In this document: piece by piece, positions 29,117 to 43,014 of the stretch | How the letters are laid out: the number at the start of each line of letters is the position of its first letter | How positions within the stretch are numbered: the first letter of the stretch is position 1 | Assembly (NCBI GenBank): GCA_951406725.2 | Contig: OX597816.1 | Span: 83,824,001-83,888,000, forward strand | Direction: 5' to 3' | Origin: Octopus vulgaris | Taxonomy: Eukaryota | Length of the DNA stretch: 64,000 nt | The notes under the pieces: model-generated | The model's input: the letters and a program-made list of their open reading frames with translations, nothing else | What the model was told of the DNA's origin: nothing | Database searches by the model: none | Made by a program: the position numbers and the translations under genes

Positions 29117-29858
29117 GCACACACCTATGCGTACATAGCTAAATACACACACATATACGTATATCTGTTTGTTATGAATATGTCAAGTGTGGGTGTTAAA
29201 GACTAGTGCAGGGGTAATGTTAGCATACAATTTTAAAAAACTGAAAAATGCCACCAACCGTCGGCTAAATTAAAACTTACCTACCGTTCAGTACCGTGCG
29301 TTGAGCGGCGGTTTGAACCATGTTCTGATTTTAATTGCCGCTAAGTACCATCATATCTACGTAAGTGTTGACACGTTTGTATATTTGAGTGCGTGTCAGT
29401 TATAAGTGGGAAGATGAATGTGTGTTTGTGCTTGAGTGTGTAAGTGTTACTGTATTTTAATATATCTATGTATGTTCTTGCATTTATATCTATGTGTGCA
29501 TGAATATATTTTCATACGCATGTTTGTGTGCTTAATACGTACATGCATATGTATTCGAGCTCTTTCTTACGCAGACATAAGCATATGTGTGTGTGTAATT
29601 GTAACATCTTGATGAATATGCTTCGCGTGTATTTATATGGTTCTGGACGTAACTGACAGACTACTGCCGAATCAATTGTCTCCAATTCAGAAATCTCTCA
29701 CGTATCAACGTTACCAGTAAAAGTCAGAAAATTACACAGACCTAGACAGTCGCTGAGGAGGAAGGCTTCAGTATTAAACCATCCCCACTTCACAAAACTA
29801 GGCCGCGCATCATATATATCGACATATCGACTAGAGTTCGTTGTTGTCGCCATACTCC

Positions 29859-29898
<40 letters not shown>

Positions 29899-29933
29899 TT
29901 AGAGACAAATTCTTGCTCGTCCTTACATTTACT

Positions 29934-29970
<37 letters not shown>

Positions 29971-30174
29971 AGAGAGAGTGAGAGATAAATAGAGATAGAT
30001 AGATCATAGATAGATTCATACATACATGCATGTATGCATGCATACATATCTACATACATAAATATCTATATATTTATGTATTTATATATATATATATATA
30101 TGTATGTACGTATGCCTGAATGCAAGCATATATGTATGTATCTATTTATTTATCTATGATCTCTCTTTCACTCA

Positions 30175-30205
<31 letters not shown>

Positions 30206-30268
30206 CCTACCTATCAAATCAATCTACCTACTTACCTGCCTGCCTCCCTACCTGCTTGTCTGTCTGTG

Positions 30269-30302
<34 letters not shown>

Positions 30303-30310
30303 TCTATCTG

Positions 30311-30367
<57 letters not shown>

Positions 30368-30524
30368 AAAGTTCCTGACGATAAATTTGTCGTATTTACA
30401 TACCGAAATTTACCGGTAAATAATTGTTGGTTACATGAAAAACCACAGAAAAATTATTTACCATTTTTATTGCATTAGCTAGCTAGCTAGGTAGCTAGCT
30501 ACATGAATCTGTGTGAGTATTTCT

Positions 30525-30720
30525 TTAATTTCTTTTACTTCTTTCAGTTATTAGACTGCGGCTACCCTGGGACATTACCTTCAAGAATTTTAGTCGAACA
30601 AATTGACCGTAATACACTTATTTTCTTAAGCTTGGTCCTTATGATATTGGTGTCTGTTACTGAAACGTAAATGCACCAATACCGGTTATCAAGCGGCGGT
30701 GAGGGACAAACACAAGGACC
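30525..30720 (-). mobile_element. Family A SINE 3' half (degenerate)
   Basis: ttttactt.tttcagt.att.gactgcggc...accggtt.tcaagcg is the reverse complement of the family A tail. Confidence 0.55.
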
Positions 30721-31044
30721 TATATATATATATATGACAGATGACTACTTTCCAAGTTATATTCGAGTATATCCACTCTAATTACTCTCACTGAGGATAT
30801 GTTTTGAGTCCCAAAGCGCCCCAGCAACTTGTATGCAGAAACAATTGAACAATAAACCTCGAGACCTACAAAACATGAGACTCTCTCTATATAGTCGAAG
30901 AAATATACTTGTTGCGATCCTCAAGAGGTTTTGGATTCAGTCCCACTGCATGGTATCTTGGCCGCCAAAAGCCTTGTGAGTGGATTTGGGAAACAGAAGC
31001 TGATAGGAGCCCACATATAGACACTGAAACAATCCCTCATGTAT

Positions 31045-31308
31045 ATACATATTTCGTTTTGTATTTGGTTTGCAAGATTCTTTATGTGAATTCGTGTATT
31101 AAAGCAAATTTTATTGTGTCTGAGGAGAGTCGTTCTCTTTTAGTGCCTTATTACTTAACACATTCACAGGTTCGATTTCCACTCATTTACTTGCATCTTG
31201 CAACCTTTTCAATTGAAAAGGCTGCAACACGCATCGAAAATTTTAGAAAAAATAGATGAGTGGATTAAGTAACAAGGCACTAAATGAGAATGACTCTCTC
31301 CAGACACA
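31045..31308. mobile_element. Head-to-head inverted pair of a putative Penelope-like pseudo-LTR, joined at TTTTCAA|TTGAAAA
   Basis: tgtgtctgaggagagtcgttctcttttagtgccttattacttaa (31115-31158) pairs with ttaagtaacaaggcactaaatgagaatgactctctccagacaca (31265-31308). Hammerhead-like core at 31213-31245. Confidence 0.55.
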
Positions 31309-31311
31309 TTG

Positions 31312-31381
<70 letters not shown>

Positions 31382-31398
31382 ATGTACGTGTTTGTGTG

Positions 31399-31983
31399 CT
31401 AAATATGGTTTCTGATTATAAATATCTTGGGTCATACATATCATCATCTGGAAAAGACTTTCTAACTAGAAAGGGTATGGCCTGGTCAGCCTGTAATGAC
31501 ATGCATAAGATCTGGTCATCAAATCTAAGTAGAGACTTCAAACTTGAAATATTCAAAGCCACAGTCGAACCAATTCTACTATATGGCTAAGAAACCTGGA
31601 CGTTATCAAAGAAGCTTGAGAGGCGGTTGGATGGAACCTACACTCGCCTCCTTATGAGAGCTCAAAATCTCTCGTGGAAGCGCCATCCAACCAAAATGCA
31701 AATATATGGGAAACTACCACCTGTGTCATCTCTTGTGAAAGGTAGGAGAGTCCAGTTTGCTGGACATTGTTGTAGAGCTGAAAAAGAAGTAATTTCTCCT
31801 CTTCTCCTCTGGAAGCCATCTACTCGCAATACCAGAGGGCGCACACTCTCCTACCCTGATGTAATCTCCAGGGATACAGGCATCCAGCAACAGGACCTCC
31901 GTAATGCCATGATGGACCGTGAAGTCTGGCGTAGCATGGTAAATTCCATTGTCTCGACCACGGTCGAACAATGATGATGATGA
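31399..31983 (+). mobile_element. 5'-truncated RTE-clade LINE: end of the RT/thumb and C-terminal region with (TGA)n tail
   Basis: DYKYLGSYI...VEPILLYG*ETWTLSKKLERRLDGTYTRLLMRAQNLSW...RRVQFAGHCCR...GRTLSYPDVISRDTG...MMDREVWR. One in-frame stop at 31588-31590. Tail tgatgatgatga. Confidence 0.85.
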
Positions 31984-31984
31984 T

Positions 31985-32147
31985 TGGTGTGTTTACGTCT
32001 CCATTCCTTTTTAGGTTCGGCAAAAAAGAGAACCATAGAATAAGTAAAAAGCTTAAAATTAAGCTGTGGTTGATTTGTTTCACTAAGCCCTTCAAGGTAG
32101 TGCCCCAGTATGGCTACAGTCCAAAGACTGAAACAGGTAAAGAATAA
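31985..32147 (+). mobile_element. Family A SINE 3' half (its head remnant is at ~30910-31010)
   Basis: tggtgtgtttacgtc...ggttcggcaaaa...atagaataagta...gactgaaacaggtaaagaa. Confidence 0.65.
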
Positions 32148-32599
32148 ATCATACACACACACATACACACACAAAGTGATCGCATACGAAAAGCGACTTT
32201 GTCCTTTTACTGCATTGTAACTTTTGTCGAAACTTCTGCTGAACAATGATTTGTAAAATATGCATTCTTTATGAGAATCTACAGTTTTTATTTTTAATTG
32301 TACATTTCAGAAAGAATGGAAGTATACATTTTCTATGAGGCAAATTCCCAAATTTGAAGTCATTTTGGTAAGTGCCGTCACGAAACTATGTGCTCTTCAG
32401 TAAATTTTGTAAGATTCACAAACACACACACACACACCCTTACATATGCAAATGCACATATATTTCTTTATATACACATACACACACATATACATAGATA
32501 TATACTTATATATATGCTCACACACATATACACATATGCACAAAAACACATATATACATACAGATATGTATACACAAATATAGATACATAAACACGCAC

Positions 32600-32682
<83 letters not shown>

Positions 32683-33738
32683 ATACATACACATATACAT
32701 GCACACACGTATACATACGGATATATACATGCATATATACATACATATATATACATACCTACCGACGTATTTATATGTAAATATATCATGGTAATTGTCA
32801 TAAGACATTTAAAACTGATACAGCACAAGTCTCACGAATACATACACACGCACATACACACAAGCATACACACATACAACACACATATACATATACATAC
32901 ATACATGCATACATACATATATACATATATGTATATAATCTTATTTTTATACCAGATGTGTCTGTTATATGCTGTTTTGTATATGAAATGTATGCATGTA
33001 TATGTGTGTATGTATATATTCATATGTGTGCGTGTTTATATATATATACATATATACACACAATTATATACATACACACATATACATATATGTATATATA
33101 TATATATGTGTGTGTGTGTGTATATGTATATATACACATACACACACGAATATATATATATAGACGTTTTACTGTAAGTGTCTGTGTATATATATTAGTG
33201 TGTATCTTTCATCTGTGTGTGTATTTATTTGCATGTATTTATGGCAGTGATTTTTTTTTAAAGGAATTTTTGTATTTTTCTATTAAGTTTGTTTTTTCTT
33301 ATTATCGTTCTATTTTTCTCTGCTTTGTGTCAGCCTGCTTGAATCAGATGTTTTGTATATAAGTGATAGCACATATATGTGTGTGTGTGTGTGTGTGTAA
33401 CTGTGGTGAGGATGCTGGAGTTGATGATGGTGGTAGTGGTGGTGGGAGAGGGGCTTGGTGGGGGTAATGTGTAATTTTGTTGACTATAGTCGTTTAAAAA
33501 GGCATAAATATTTGTGTCTTAATATGAGAATCATAAAGTCCAACGTGGGAAATTCATTGCCTGCGTTAAAATAAAATATGTTATACACACAACTATACAC
33601 TGACGTATATATGCAATACACACATATATACATATACACACACACACATATATATACATACTTATATTCATACATTAATAGACACATGTAGATGCTTACA
33701 CATATACATACACATACATACATACATACATACATACA

Positions 33739-33796
<58 letters not shown>

Positions 33797-35056
33797 TATG
33801 CACATGCACATACATAAATGCATATGTACATACAAGTATTTATATACATGTATATATATATATAAACATACATACACAGATATAGACATGTACACATATA
33901 CTCATGTATATACACATACATAGACTCACTTGCACACACACACACATACACACACACACATATATATTCATATATACATATATTTATAAACATACACAAA
34001 TATCCACGTACATGTAAATATACAAACATATACACCCATATACACATAAATACATGTGTACACACGCACAAACACATATATAGATTCTTACACATATGTA
34101 TTTATTAATGTTTGTATCTCTGGTTTACGTGTGTATACAAACATATTGAGAAACAGACTCACTCAAGTGTTTATAGTGCAATAAGAACCCGGGAATGTAT
34201 TATTCATAGTCGTGTTTAGAAGAATAAGTCTTTAGAACATAAGATACGGTTTAAGTTCGGAGGTTCAGTGACTAAGAAAATGATAGGAGAATCGACACAA
34301 GAATAATATTACAGAATGTGATATCGTTACAGTAACTATATACAATAGTAATTTGCTGATTAATAGAAAAGTCTCGTCGTGAATACAATGATTAATTGCA
34401 AGTATGTACCATTCCAAGAAAATAATATTCCGCAGTAAATTTTACCATGGATGGAGGAATTTCTCTCTCTCTCTCTCTCTTTTTTTTTTTGTATTCTTAA
34501 GATCTAGATTGATTTTGAAATATTAGCGTTGAATGCAGTAATTCTTGTTATATTTCTCTACTCTGTACTGGGAAGAACATATCTCGCAGAATTATTCTCA
34601 ATAGGCTCATTCAGGTCTTTGAGATATATCCTTTCTTTCTGAGTCTCAGTCAGGTTTTTGTACTAGACGTGGAACTGTTACAAGAATAATGCATTTAATC
34701 AGAGACTAGACCTTAGTTAATTAATCGTGTTGCCTACACAGCATTTTTAAAGAAAGCTTATATACATTTGATATATTGAAATTTAAATATGTATTTTATG
34801 TTTTCACTGTTCCGCTTACAAGCTGAATACGTGCTAGATTTTTTAAAATCTAAATATTACATTATATAATAGCATGCCAATCATAATGGATACAGATAGA
34901 TATCTATAATGCAACCAGATAAGTCTGACGTTTCGAAGCAGTTGTCCCTAAACGTTATGTGCCTAAATTTTGACATTTTGAATGAAATGTTGTCAGCCAC
35001 CGAACAGTTGATCTTCACTACAAGACTCTCTCTCTTCCTCTCCTCCCTCTCTCCAG

Positions 35057-35190
35057 TGAAGAAGCGTGGCTTATTGGTTAGACTTTCAGCTAAGGTTGTG
35101 AGCTCAATTTCTGAAATGACAGTGTATAGTATCCTTAAGTAAGGCACCCCATTTCCTGTTACTCTTGTCTAGTCAGTTATAATGTGTACA
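35057..35190 (+). mobile_element. Degenerate family C-like SINE head
   Basis: gtgaagaagcgtggcttattggttag...ccttaagtaaggcac resembles the family C head and core. Confidence 0.4.
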
Positions 35191-35268
35191 GACCAAGTGA
35201 TGATGCAACCCACCTCTCTCTTCTCAAATGCCATATTCTGGATATCTGCCGAGAGAGCCGAGAGGGTA

Positions 35269-35317
<49 letters not shown>

Positions 35318-35335
35318 GTCGTTCTTAGGGACTGC

Positions 35336-35366
35336 ATACTTACCTGAAGCAATAAGCGAAAGCATG
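35336..35366 (-). promoter_or_regulatory. Candidate recursive splice site (3' splice site fused to a 5' splice site)
   Basis: Minus strand reads ccatgctttcgcttattgcttCAG|GTAAGTAT, junction 35344/35343, on the same strand as the ARID3-like exon. Confidence 0.4.
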
Positions 35367-37510
35367 GTTCGTTACTAAATTAAATTTACCTGAGTTATAA
35401 AACAAATCTTTTTTGTCACTTTTTATTCATCCATGTACCTCTTAAGATTCAAGAGAGCCTTGAAGATTTTTATTAACCCCGCTACAAGAATCTTAGTTCC
35501 CAATGCTCCAGTAAAAATGGGTATAAAGCTGGAAGTGCATTCGTCTTTCTGGATGTGCAGATTCTTCCTCAATGTTCCCATACTTATTGTCTTTCTTTTG
35601 TATGTTTCTCATCATACTGATGCAGCGAAGATAACTGACTTTCAAAACGGTGTTTGCTTATTTTGCAGTTCAAAAACAGCAATATTAGATCGATTGTGAG
35701 TTAATTGGTTATTATATGAAATATTATGGCCATCAAATTCTTTTGATCAATCAGTGTTAATACGTTCATTTTTATTGGATTTTTTCCACGCTCTTCTAGA
35801 TTATTCTGCATGTATGTACTTGTATATTTATGTGTGCATTATGCAAGCATGTTTACATATTGTATGATTCTATACACACATATATATATATATATAAACA
35901 TATATATATATATATATATATGAACACATATATATATATATATGTACACACACACAAGCACGCACACACACATGTATATAAGTATGCATTTATATATAAT
36001 GTATGTATGTAGGTACGTATTGAATAAATGGGTGTTGTATCATATTATATGTCTGCAAATATGTAATTATGTGTATGATATGTTCTTATAGCGGGCGGCT
36101 GTGTCTATTAATAACAACAAAAGGCAATAGGGTCATACAGAAAGTGGGAAGAATAGAAAGAGAGAAAGAAATAATGGGAAAGGTAAAAGAGAAGAAAACA
36201 TAAGGAAGGGAAAAATAAGTACCTCAATGGGTGATAAAGATTGAAAGACACAGTGATACAACCAGTGAGAGTGAGAAAGGGAGCGAGAGAGAGAGAGAGA
36301 CATGTGATAACACTTGAACTGAAAAAATTATCTAAATATTATATTATTTATCGTCCCAATTACCAATTCTCCGACAATTGTGCCATATCTTTGTTCTATT
36401 TAGAATTCTTCCAACAATCTAATTTACTCAGAAAGGATCGTTCTGTCTGATATTTCCAATTTCTATTATTTTTCAGTGCTATTGTTACTATTATAAAATC
36501 TACCGGTGCGAATGTACAGTCACTCGGGATTTTGGAAGTTCCTGAATAAAAACGAAACCGTTCTGAATTTATTTTGTCAGCGTGTGATCCTTACTAACTT
36601 GTGAAATTTTGTCGAAGAGCGGTTTTCGTAAATACTACAATTCCACTTTGCCACGTTCATCACCCGGGAAGTGCAATCAACTTTCCTCCGTCTAATTCTG
36701 AAAGGGGAATAATTGTACTTCTCGATTATGGCTGAGCTAAAGATGTACAGCAACAATAACAACAACTTGAAATAAATTATGAATAAAAGACTTTAAGAAA
36801 ATCCTAAATATGCGCCCAAACTTCGGAGGAATCTGAGTACATAAAAAATAGAGTAAATCGTAGAAACAGTAGTCGAAACTGAAGTTGAAGACAGATGGCA
36901 GTGACATATGCCAAATACTGTGTCGACAAATGATAATGTGACAAATCTGTTTGACATTCTCGTGCAGGTTGACAGAGAAGTAAAGAATGATAACTCTTCA
37001 AATTGTTATCATTAAGAACAAATATCGTGTATAAAAAAAATGTATGATGATAGACATTTTTCTGTTCCTGGAGATGACAACTTTTCTGAGAAGAAAGAGA
37101 AAAACTGTTTGCGTATAGTATAGCATAGTAGATGTTTAGAATTTGTGGACTGAAAATCCACACAATTCCATTAGTATTAGCTAACATGCTTATTAAAAAT
37201 TAATTATTAGCGACAGAAACAGTACTAATACCAAAAAGGAATCTTTATATTCAACTTAACTTGGATGTCTTATAACGAAGTTAATATGGATCTGTTGAGT
37301 AGACTCATCATCGCCTCAAATCTGTTGACAAAAACCATCAATACTTATAGATGTTGTGAACTTTATGCAACACCTAAGGATATTTATAAGTTGCAAATTA
37401 TAAAGGTAGCAATACCCAGGTGAAAACCCTATTTAAATTTTTAATTAAAAATAGATAAATGAGTGTAGGATTACACCAATATCCCAAAACTGCTATAAGA
37501 GGAAGCAGTT

Positions 37511-37550
37511 TTTAACTAAAATGGAGTATATTTAACTAAAATGGAGTATA
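37511..37550. repeat. Perfect 20-bp tandem duplication (tttaactaaaatggagtata x2)
   Basis: Direct inspection. Confidence 0.9.
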
Positions 37551-38824
37551 ATTTTCTCCCAAGCAATCGATAAATAAAGTATCAATTATGAACAAAATCT
37601 ATTTAATTAATTTGAGATTTTCTGAGAAAAATCAGATTTATATGCCAATACATTGCGAGGCCGAGATAAAATAAAGGCATCCTACTTTTATTTAAGCTAC
37701 TTTCTCCTACATCAATATCACCATCAATATCACCATCATTATCATTATTATGATTATTGTTGCTCCTTTCAATGAGTCGTGTAATAATTAATTTATTGCT
37801 TCCTTTATATTCATGTTGATTTATAATGTTGTTATGTATCTGTCCGATCTGATATTTAGCGTGACAAATTTGACCATCAAAACACTATTTAATCCGACAG
37901 ATTTTTGTCACTAACATAGTTAAAGGTACAAATCTTGATTTCCTTCCAATATAGTGCCTTGATAGATCAAGAGGAAATTCAAAGAAATAAAAGGGTTAGA
38001 TAGTGTAATTGATAAAAGGTAAATATTATTAGATGATAAAAACAAAATTCGCGGATTAAACACATCAATAAAACCAAAGGCTGTAAGCGCTCGAAGTGCC
38101 AAGTTATAGTATAAAGCGTGTTTCTTATCATTGGCAATACATCTAACATTAATACTTATGAGGGAACAATATCACATTATGGATTTCAGTTAACAATTCC
38201 TATATAACAAAATCTAGTAAATAAATGGATATTGATACTACACTTGAAAAAACCATCTTAATCACATGCTGATTGTTATATCAAATCATTTCACTTCTGT
38301 AGGTCGACGGGTACAGAAGTCAGTAGAGGACCGACCAATGACCGATTCTTATTGATAAATGCACGTATGCAAATACTTCAAATCGTTGCTATGACATAGA
38401 AGTTGCAGAATAGAAGTGGATGATAAAGTCACTAGCACATCATATGATTGTCTTGCCATATTTCGTAACATATCCTTATGTTCTGAGATCAAATCATATC
38501 AGAGTCGATTTTGCCTCCCACTCTTTGTAGAGTCAATGATGAAGTACTTAGAAATCATACATATATTTAATCTATAGCCTTCACAGTCATGTTATTTTAT
38601 CAATTTTGATATAATGTTAGTATTTCGATTATAGAAACCAGTATCTTACTGTTATTCATTTTCTTGATTGTATTACGTTGCTGTCATGCTATGTATTACA
38701 GGTATTTATACACAGTTTTCGTAGCTATTTCATCAACCATGGCTCTAAAAGCAACTTCCTCCTTTGAATTAGTTACCCCATGCTCTGGCAGCTCTGCACA
38801 TGCACGCATGCACGTACACACACA

Positions 38825-38885
<61 letters not shown>

Positions 38886-38929
38886 GAGCCAACGTTGCTC
38901 CATAAAGCCCAGTACATACACTTGCACAC

Positions 38930-39075
38930 AAAGAGTAAAGGGTAAAGACCTCCTTCGGTCATGACTGACCATAGGATTGCGACTAGAAAGTTCCACTCCA
39001 AAGCACAAAGCTGGACAAGGTTGTTTATGGAAGACCAGCAGTCGCACATGCATACCAGCCTCCCCTCTACACGTC
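38930..39075 (-). mobile_element. Probable retroposon 3' fragment ending in a tttaccc-type tail
   Basis: Minus strand gaggggaggctggtatgcatg.gcgactgctggtcttccataaacaaccttg...gaccgaagg.ggtctttaccctttac. Single copy in this window, so the call rests on recognition only. Confidence 0.35.
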
Positions 39076-39966
39076 AAGCTGTATCGGCGTTTGACTTTCC
39101 CTTGCACTCAAAGCCGTCGTATGAATGAAATGTCGCCAGTAACTTCAATCCAATAAGACGTCTTATCATATCAATCTGCAGCGTGAGGTGAATACTCCAA
39201 AATGCAAATTCTCTTAACATATTAAGAATTATATTATTGATCTCATTTCTAACATTTTACATGTATCTCTTCTGAGAAACTGCTCGTGGAATTTCAAAAG
39301 AGGTAGTTCTGCCAAGGTCTCGTTCTAAGCCACACAGTATTGTGACTCTCGATAACTTTAGAAATATGAATTATGTGGCCCTTGACATCAAAGAAATCTT
39401 CAACTACCTCACAGAAGAGGTCATTCTATAAAAAAAGAAAAAAAACAGTCGATCGAGACTGACCAAGGGCTAAACAAGAACGACAACATCAACAACAAGG
39501 TTGCGTGCATATGGACTAGACTCATTTTTCATCTTTTACACTGAGAATTTAATATGTATCTATAAAGTTTAATCCTACCGTCATATTCTATTAGTTCTGG
39601 AGTGCTTGAGAGAGAAGTTATTTTAGATATTTTCCTGGTTTAGGTTTCTAGCATTCTCAGAAAAACACTTGGGGTTTTAGCGGAAAATAACCCGTTATTT
39701 CTCTCTCGCACTTGTAAACTTGCAACATTTATACACATTTTAATTTCCTCACACTACAGGTAAGAACAAATTTCACTTATAGGTTTCCATAACTTGAAAG
39801 CATAAGATCTAGGCCTTCTCTGTTTATGGATAACCGAAATACATTCTTTCAAATTTTACATTTGTAACCTCACACTCTCTAATACTCATCCTAAGCTACT
39901 ATCAACCATTAGCATAGTCATTCCATACTGAAGGTCTCTGCACACATTTTTGGCTCAGAACCGTAT

Positions 39967-40069
39967 TCTTTTATTTGTTTCACTCATTTGACTGCAGCCA
40001 TGCTGGAGCATCGCGTTTAGTCGAACAATTCAACCCCAGGACATGCGGGAGGACAGACACAGACCCCTC

Positions 40070-40101
<32 letters not shown>

Positions 40102-40133
40102 CATACATACATACATACATACATACATACATG

Positions 40134-40177
<44 letters not shown>

Positions 40178-40204
40178 CACATACATATATACATATATAT
40201 ATAC

Positions 40205-40235
<31 letters not shown>

Positions 40236-40377
40236 CATATATACATACACATATATATACACATATATATATATACATACATATACATACACATATATAT
40301 ATATATATACATATATATACATATATACATACATATACATACATATACATACATATATATACATACATATACATACA

Positions 40378-40423
<46 letters not shown>

Positions 40424-40671
40424 CATACATACATATATATACATACATACATACATATATATACATACATACATATATATACATACATACATATATATAC
40501 ATACATACATATATATATACGACGGGCTTCTTTCAATTTCCGTCTACTAAATCAACTCATTAGACTTTGGTCAGTCCGAGTCTATAGTAGAAGACACTCA
40601 CCCAAGGTGCCATGCAGTGGGACTGAACTCGGAACTATGTAGTTGCTATGCAAGCTACTTAACACAGCCAC
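39967..40671 (-). mobile_element. Family A SINE with its internal microsatellite expanded to ~450 bp
   Basis: Tail at 39967-40070, TA/TACA/CA mosaic at ~40070-40518, head at 40519-40671. Confidence 0.8.
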
Positions 40672-41171
40672 GAAGATTATACCTCACTAACTCTCACTTG
40701 CGCTATAATATCTTCAGACTGATTCATAAACCGTCAACTTCCACACTGTTTCATTTTATTTACTTTAACCCGCTGAAACTCCTTTTCACACAGAACATCA
40801 ACTGAGGGAGCCTTAAAATAGTCGTGGGGCACTCTTCCGTCTCCAATGAATAACATTTAAAACAATTTAAAAGAATGCATTTGAGCGGCTGATATTGAGG
40901 CTCAATGTATACGTTTATGTATTTGCGTATTTACGTGTGTGAGAGGACTCGCGTGTTTGTGTATGATTATGTATACGTATATGAGTGTTGCTGCTTATTT
41001 TTCTATTTTAAGTGCATTCGTAGCACACCACGTAATCGACCCTGGTTAAAAATTGACCGTCACATGGCGCCAGACAGCGCGAAACAAACTTTAAGGTAAA
41101 GCGTCAAAAACACTGAACATGTATATAGATATACAGGCACACACACAAACACACACACACGCGTGTTTGTG

Positions 41172-41234
<63 letters not shown>

Positions 41235-41300
41235 TATAAGATACATACACACACTCACATATATATATATATACATATATATACACATATATGTATATAT

Positions 41301-41342
<42 letters not shown>

Positions 41343-42679
41343 ATATATGTATGTATGTATATATATGTGAGTGTGTGTATGTATCATATATATATATGAT
41401 ACGTGAACGAGTACATAATCACATAAACTATTTAAATACGAAATAGTAACGAAAGGCAAAATATAGACATATAGTACTTTTATCAACTGTATTGCACGGT
41501 CAGAGAAGCGAAGCAAGCCGCACTGGCTACGTACCTTTTGATAAGAATCTACACATCGTATCGTATTGATAAGAATCCAAGCCTTTTTGTACTTTAGATA
41601 AATGTGAGCTCATGACTATGTGAATAATAGAACATATAGACATATGTTGAATACAATTGCAATCATTGTGTTTCATTTAAAAAAAAACTTTGCTTGTTTG
41701 TTCTACTGTGTCCTGAAAGTATATATATATATTTTTTCAGATAAAGGTAACTTAGATTACAATTCTATATAACTTAGATAATGTTTTCCATTATTCAACT
41801 AAGTTACATTTATTTTGTTGTTATCATTATCTGATCAATAAAGGATTTGCAATATATAGGAGGGAAGATTAATGAAATTATTGTTGTTGTTCTTAATGCA
41901 GATACTTAGCTCCTGGTAAAATCTGAGCGAAGAGACTTATATTCAAATGACATCCGAGCCGTTACCTGCTGATCTTTTCTGGTGTTTGGAGGACTTCCTT
42001 TGTCGAATATATCTCTTTTCGTATATCATGGCGGAAGTCTACAATCTGAAATCTGCAATTTGCTACTTCGGGTCAGTATGCAGCCCTCATTTTGTTAAAT
42101 CATAAGATATTCTCAAGGCAACGAGTTGGTTTAGCTTTTAGTACATTGGATAGAATGCTTTGCAGCATCCGCTTGCGTTTTGGGTTCAAATCCCGCCAAG
42201 ATCTCAGTGTCTTTCTTTCGAGCAAATAAACTAGTAGAAGAGTACTGGGACGATTCGTATCCCACCCTCTCTCAGGTACTTTTTCTCTCCAACTTCTCTT
42301 TTCTAAAAATAAGGAAAAATCGGTTGTGGTCAACCTGGAAGTGGATGAGCTCCACCTGATTTAAAACTGCTCACGGTAGTAATCCAACGACTTCAATAGA
42401 TAATAGACTTAGACAAGGTAGTTATGACTAGAAAGGTAAATTTAGGAAAGTTTCTATAGTGGGTTCTTTCCGCTGTTCTGAAGACGAATGTTCAAGAATC
42501 GTGCCACCTATTTGTACTTTTAAACGTCTGAGACTTTCTTCAGCAACGGGATATCTAATTATTATTTCTTTCTCATAAATGCGATGTATTTGATGAAATC
42601 TCATAAGAAGTAGGCTGCATTATTTTCGAGTTTTCAATTAAGCTGAATAGCAGAGAGAGAGAGAGAGAGAAAGAGAAAC

Positions 42680-42713
<34 letters not shown>

Positions 42714-42981
42714 TAAAAGAAAAGTAAAAGAAAAAGAAAAGGCAGAGTGGGAGAGTTAAAAAGATATTGAATTTGTAATTTTCAGTTTTTTCTAAGTCCT
42801 TTTTTTTTGTGTACTTTGCATTTTTGGCTTTGAGTTCATATCTTTTTGGTGATTCTGTGCCGGATATTCTAATCTACATTGTACTCCACCCTCTCTTCCT
42901 TATACTCTCACACAATTACATACGCTCTAGTATATCATATTTACATACACACATATATTCATATATACATACACACATATG

Positions 42982-43014
<33 letters not shown>

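Noticed and set aside
35336-35346. ATACTTACCTG, identical to the U1 snRNA 5' end
   Set aside because: Downstream sequence does not continue as U1; better read as a consensus donor on the minus strand.
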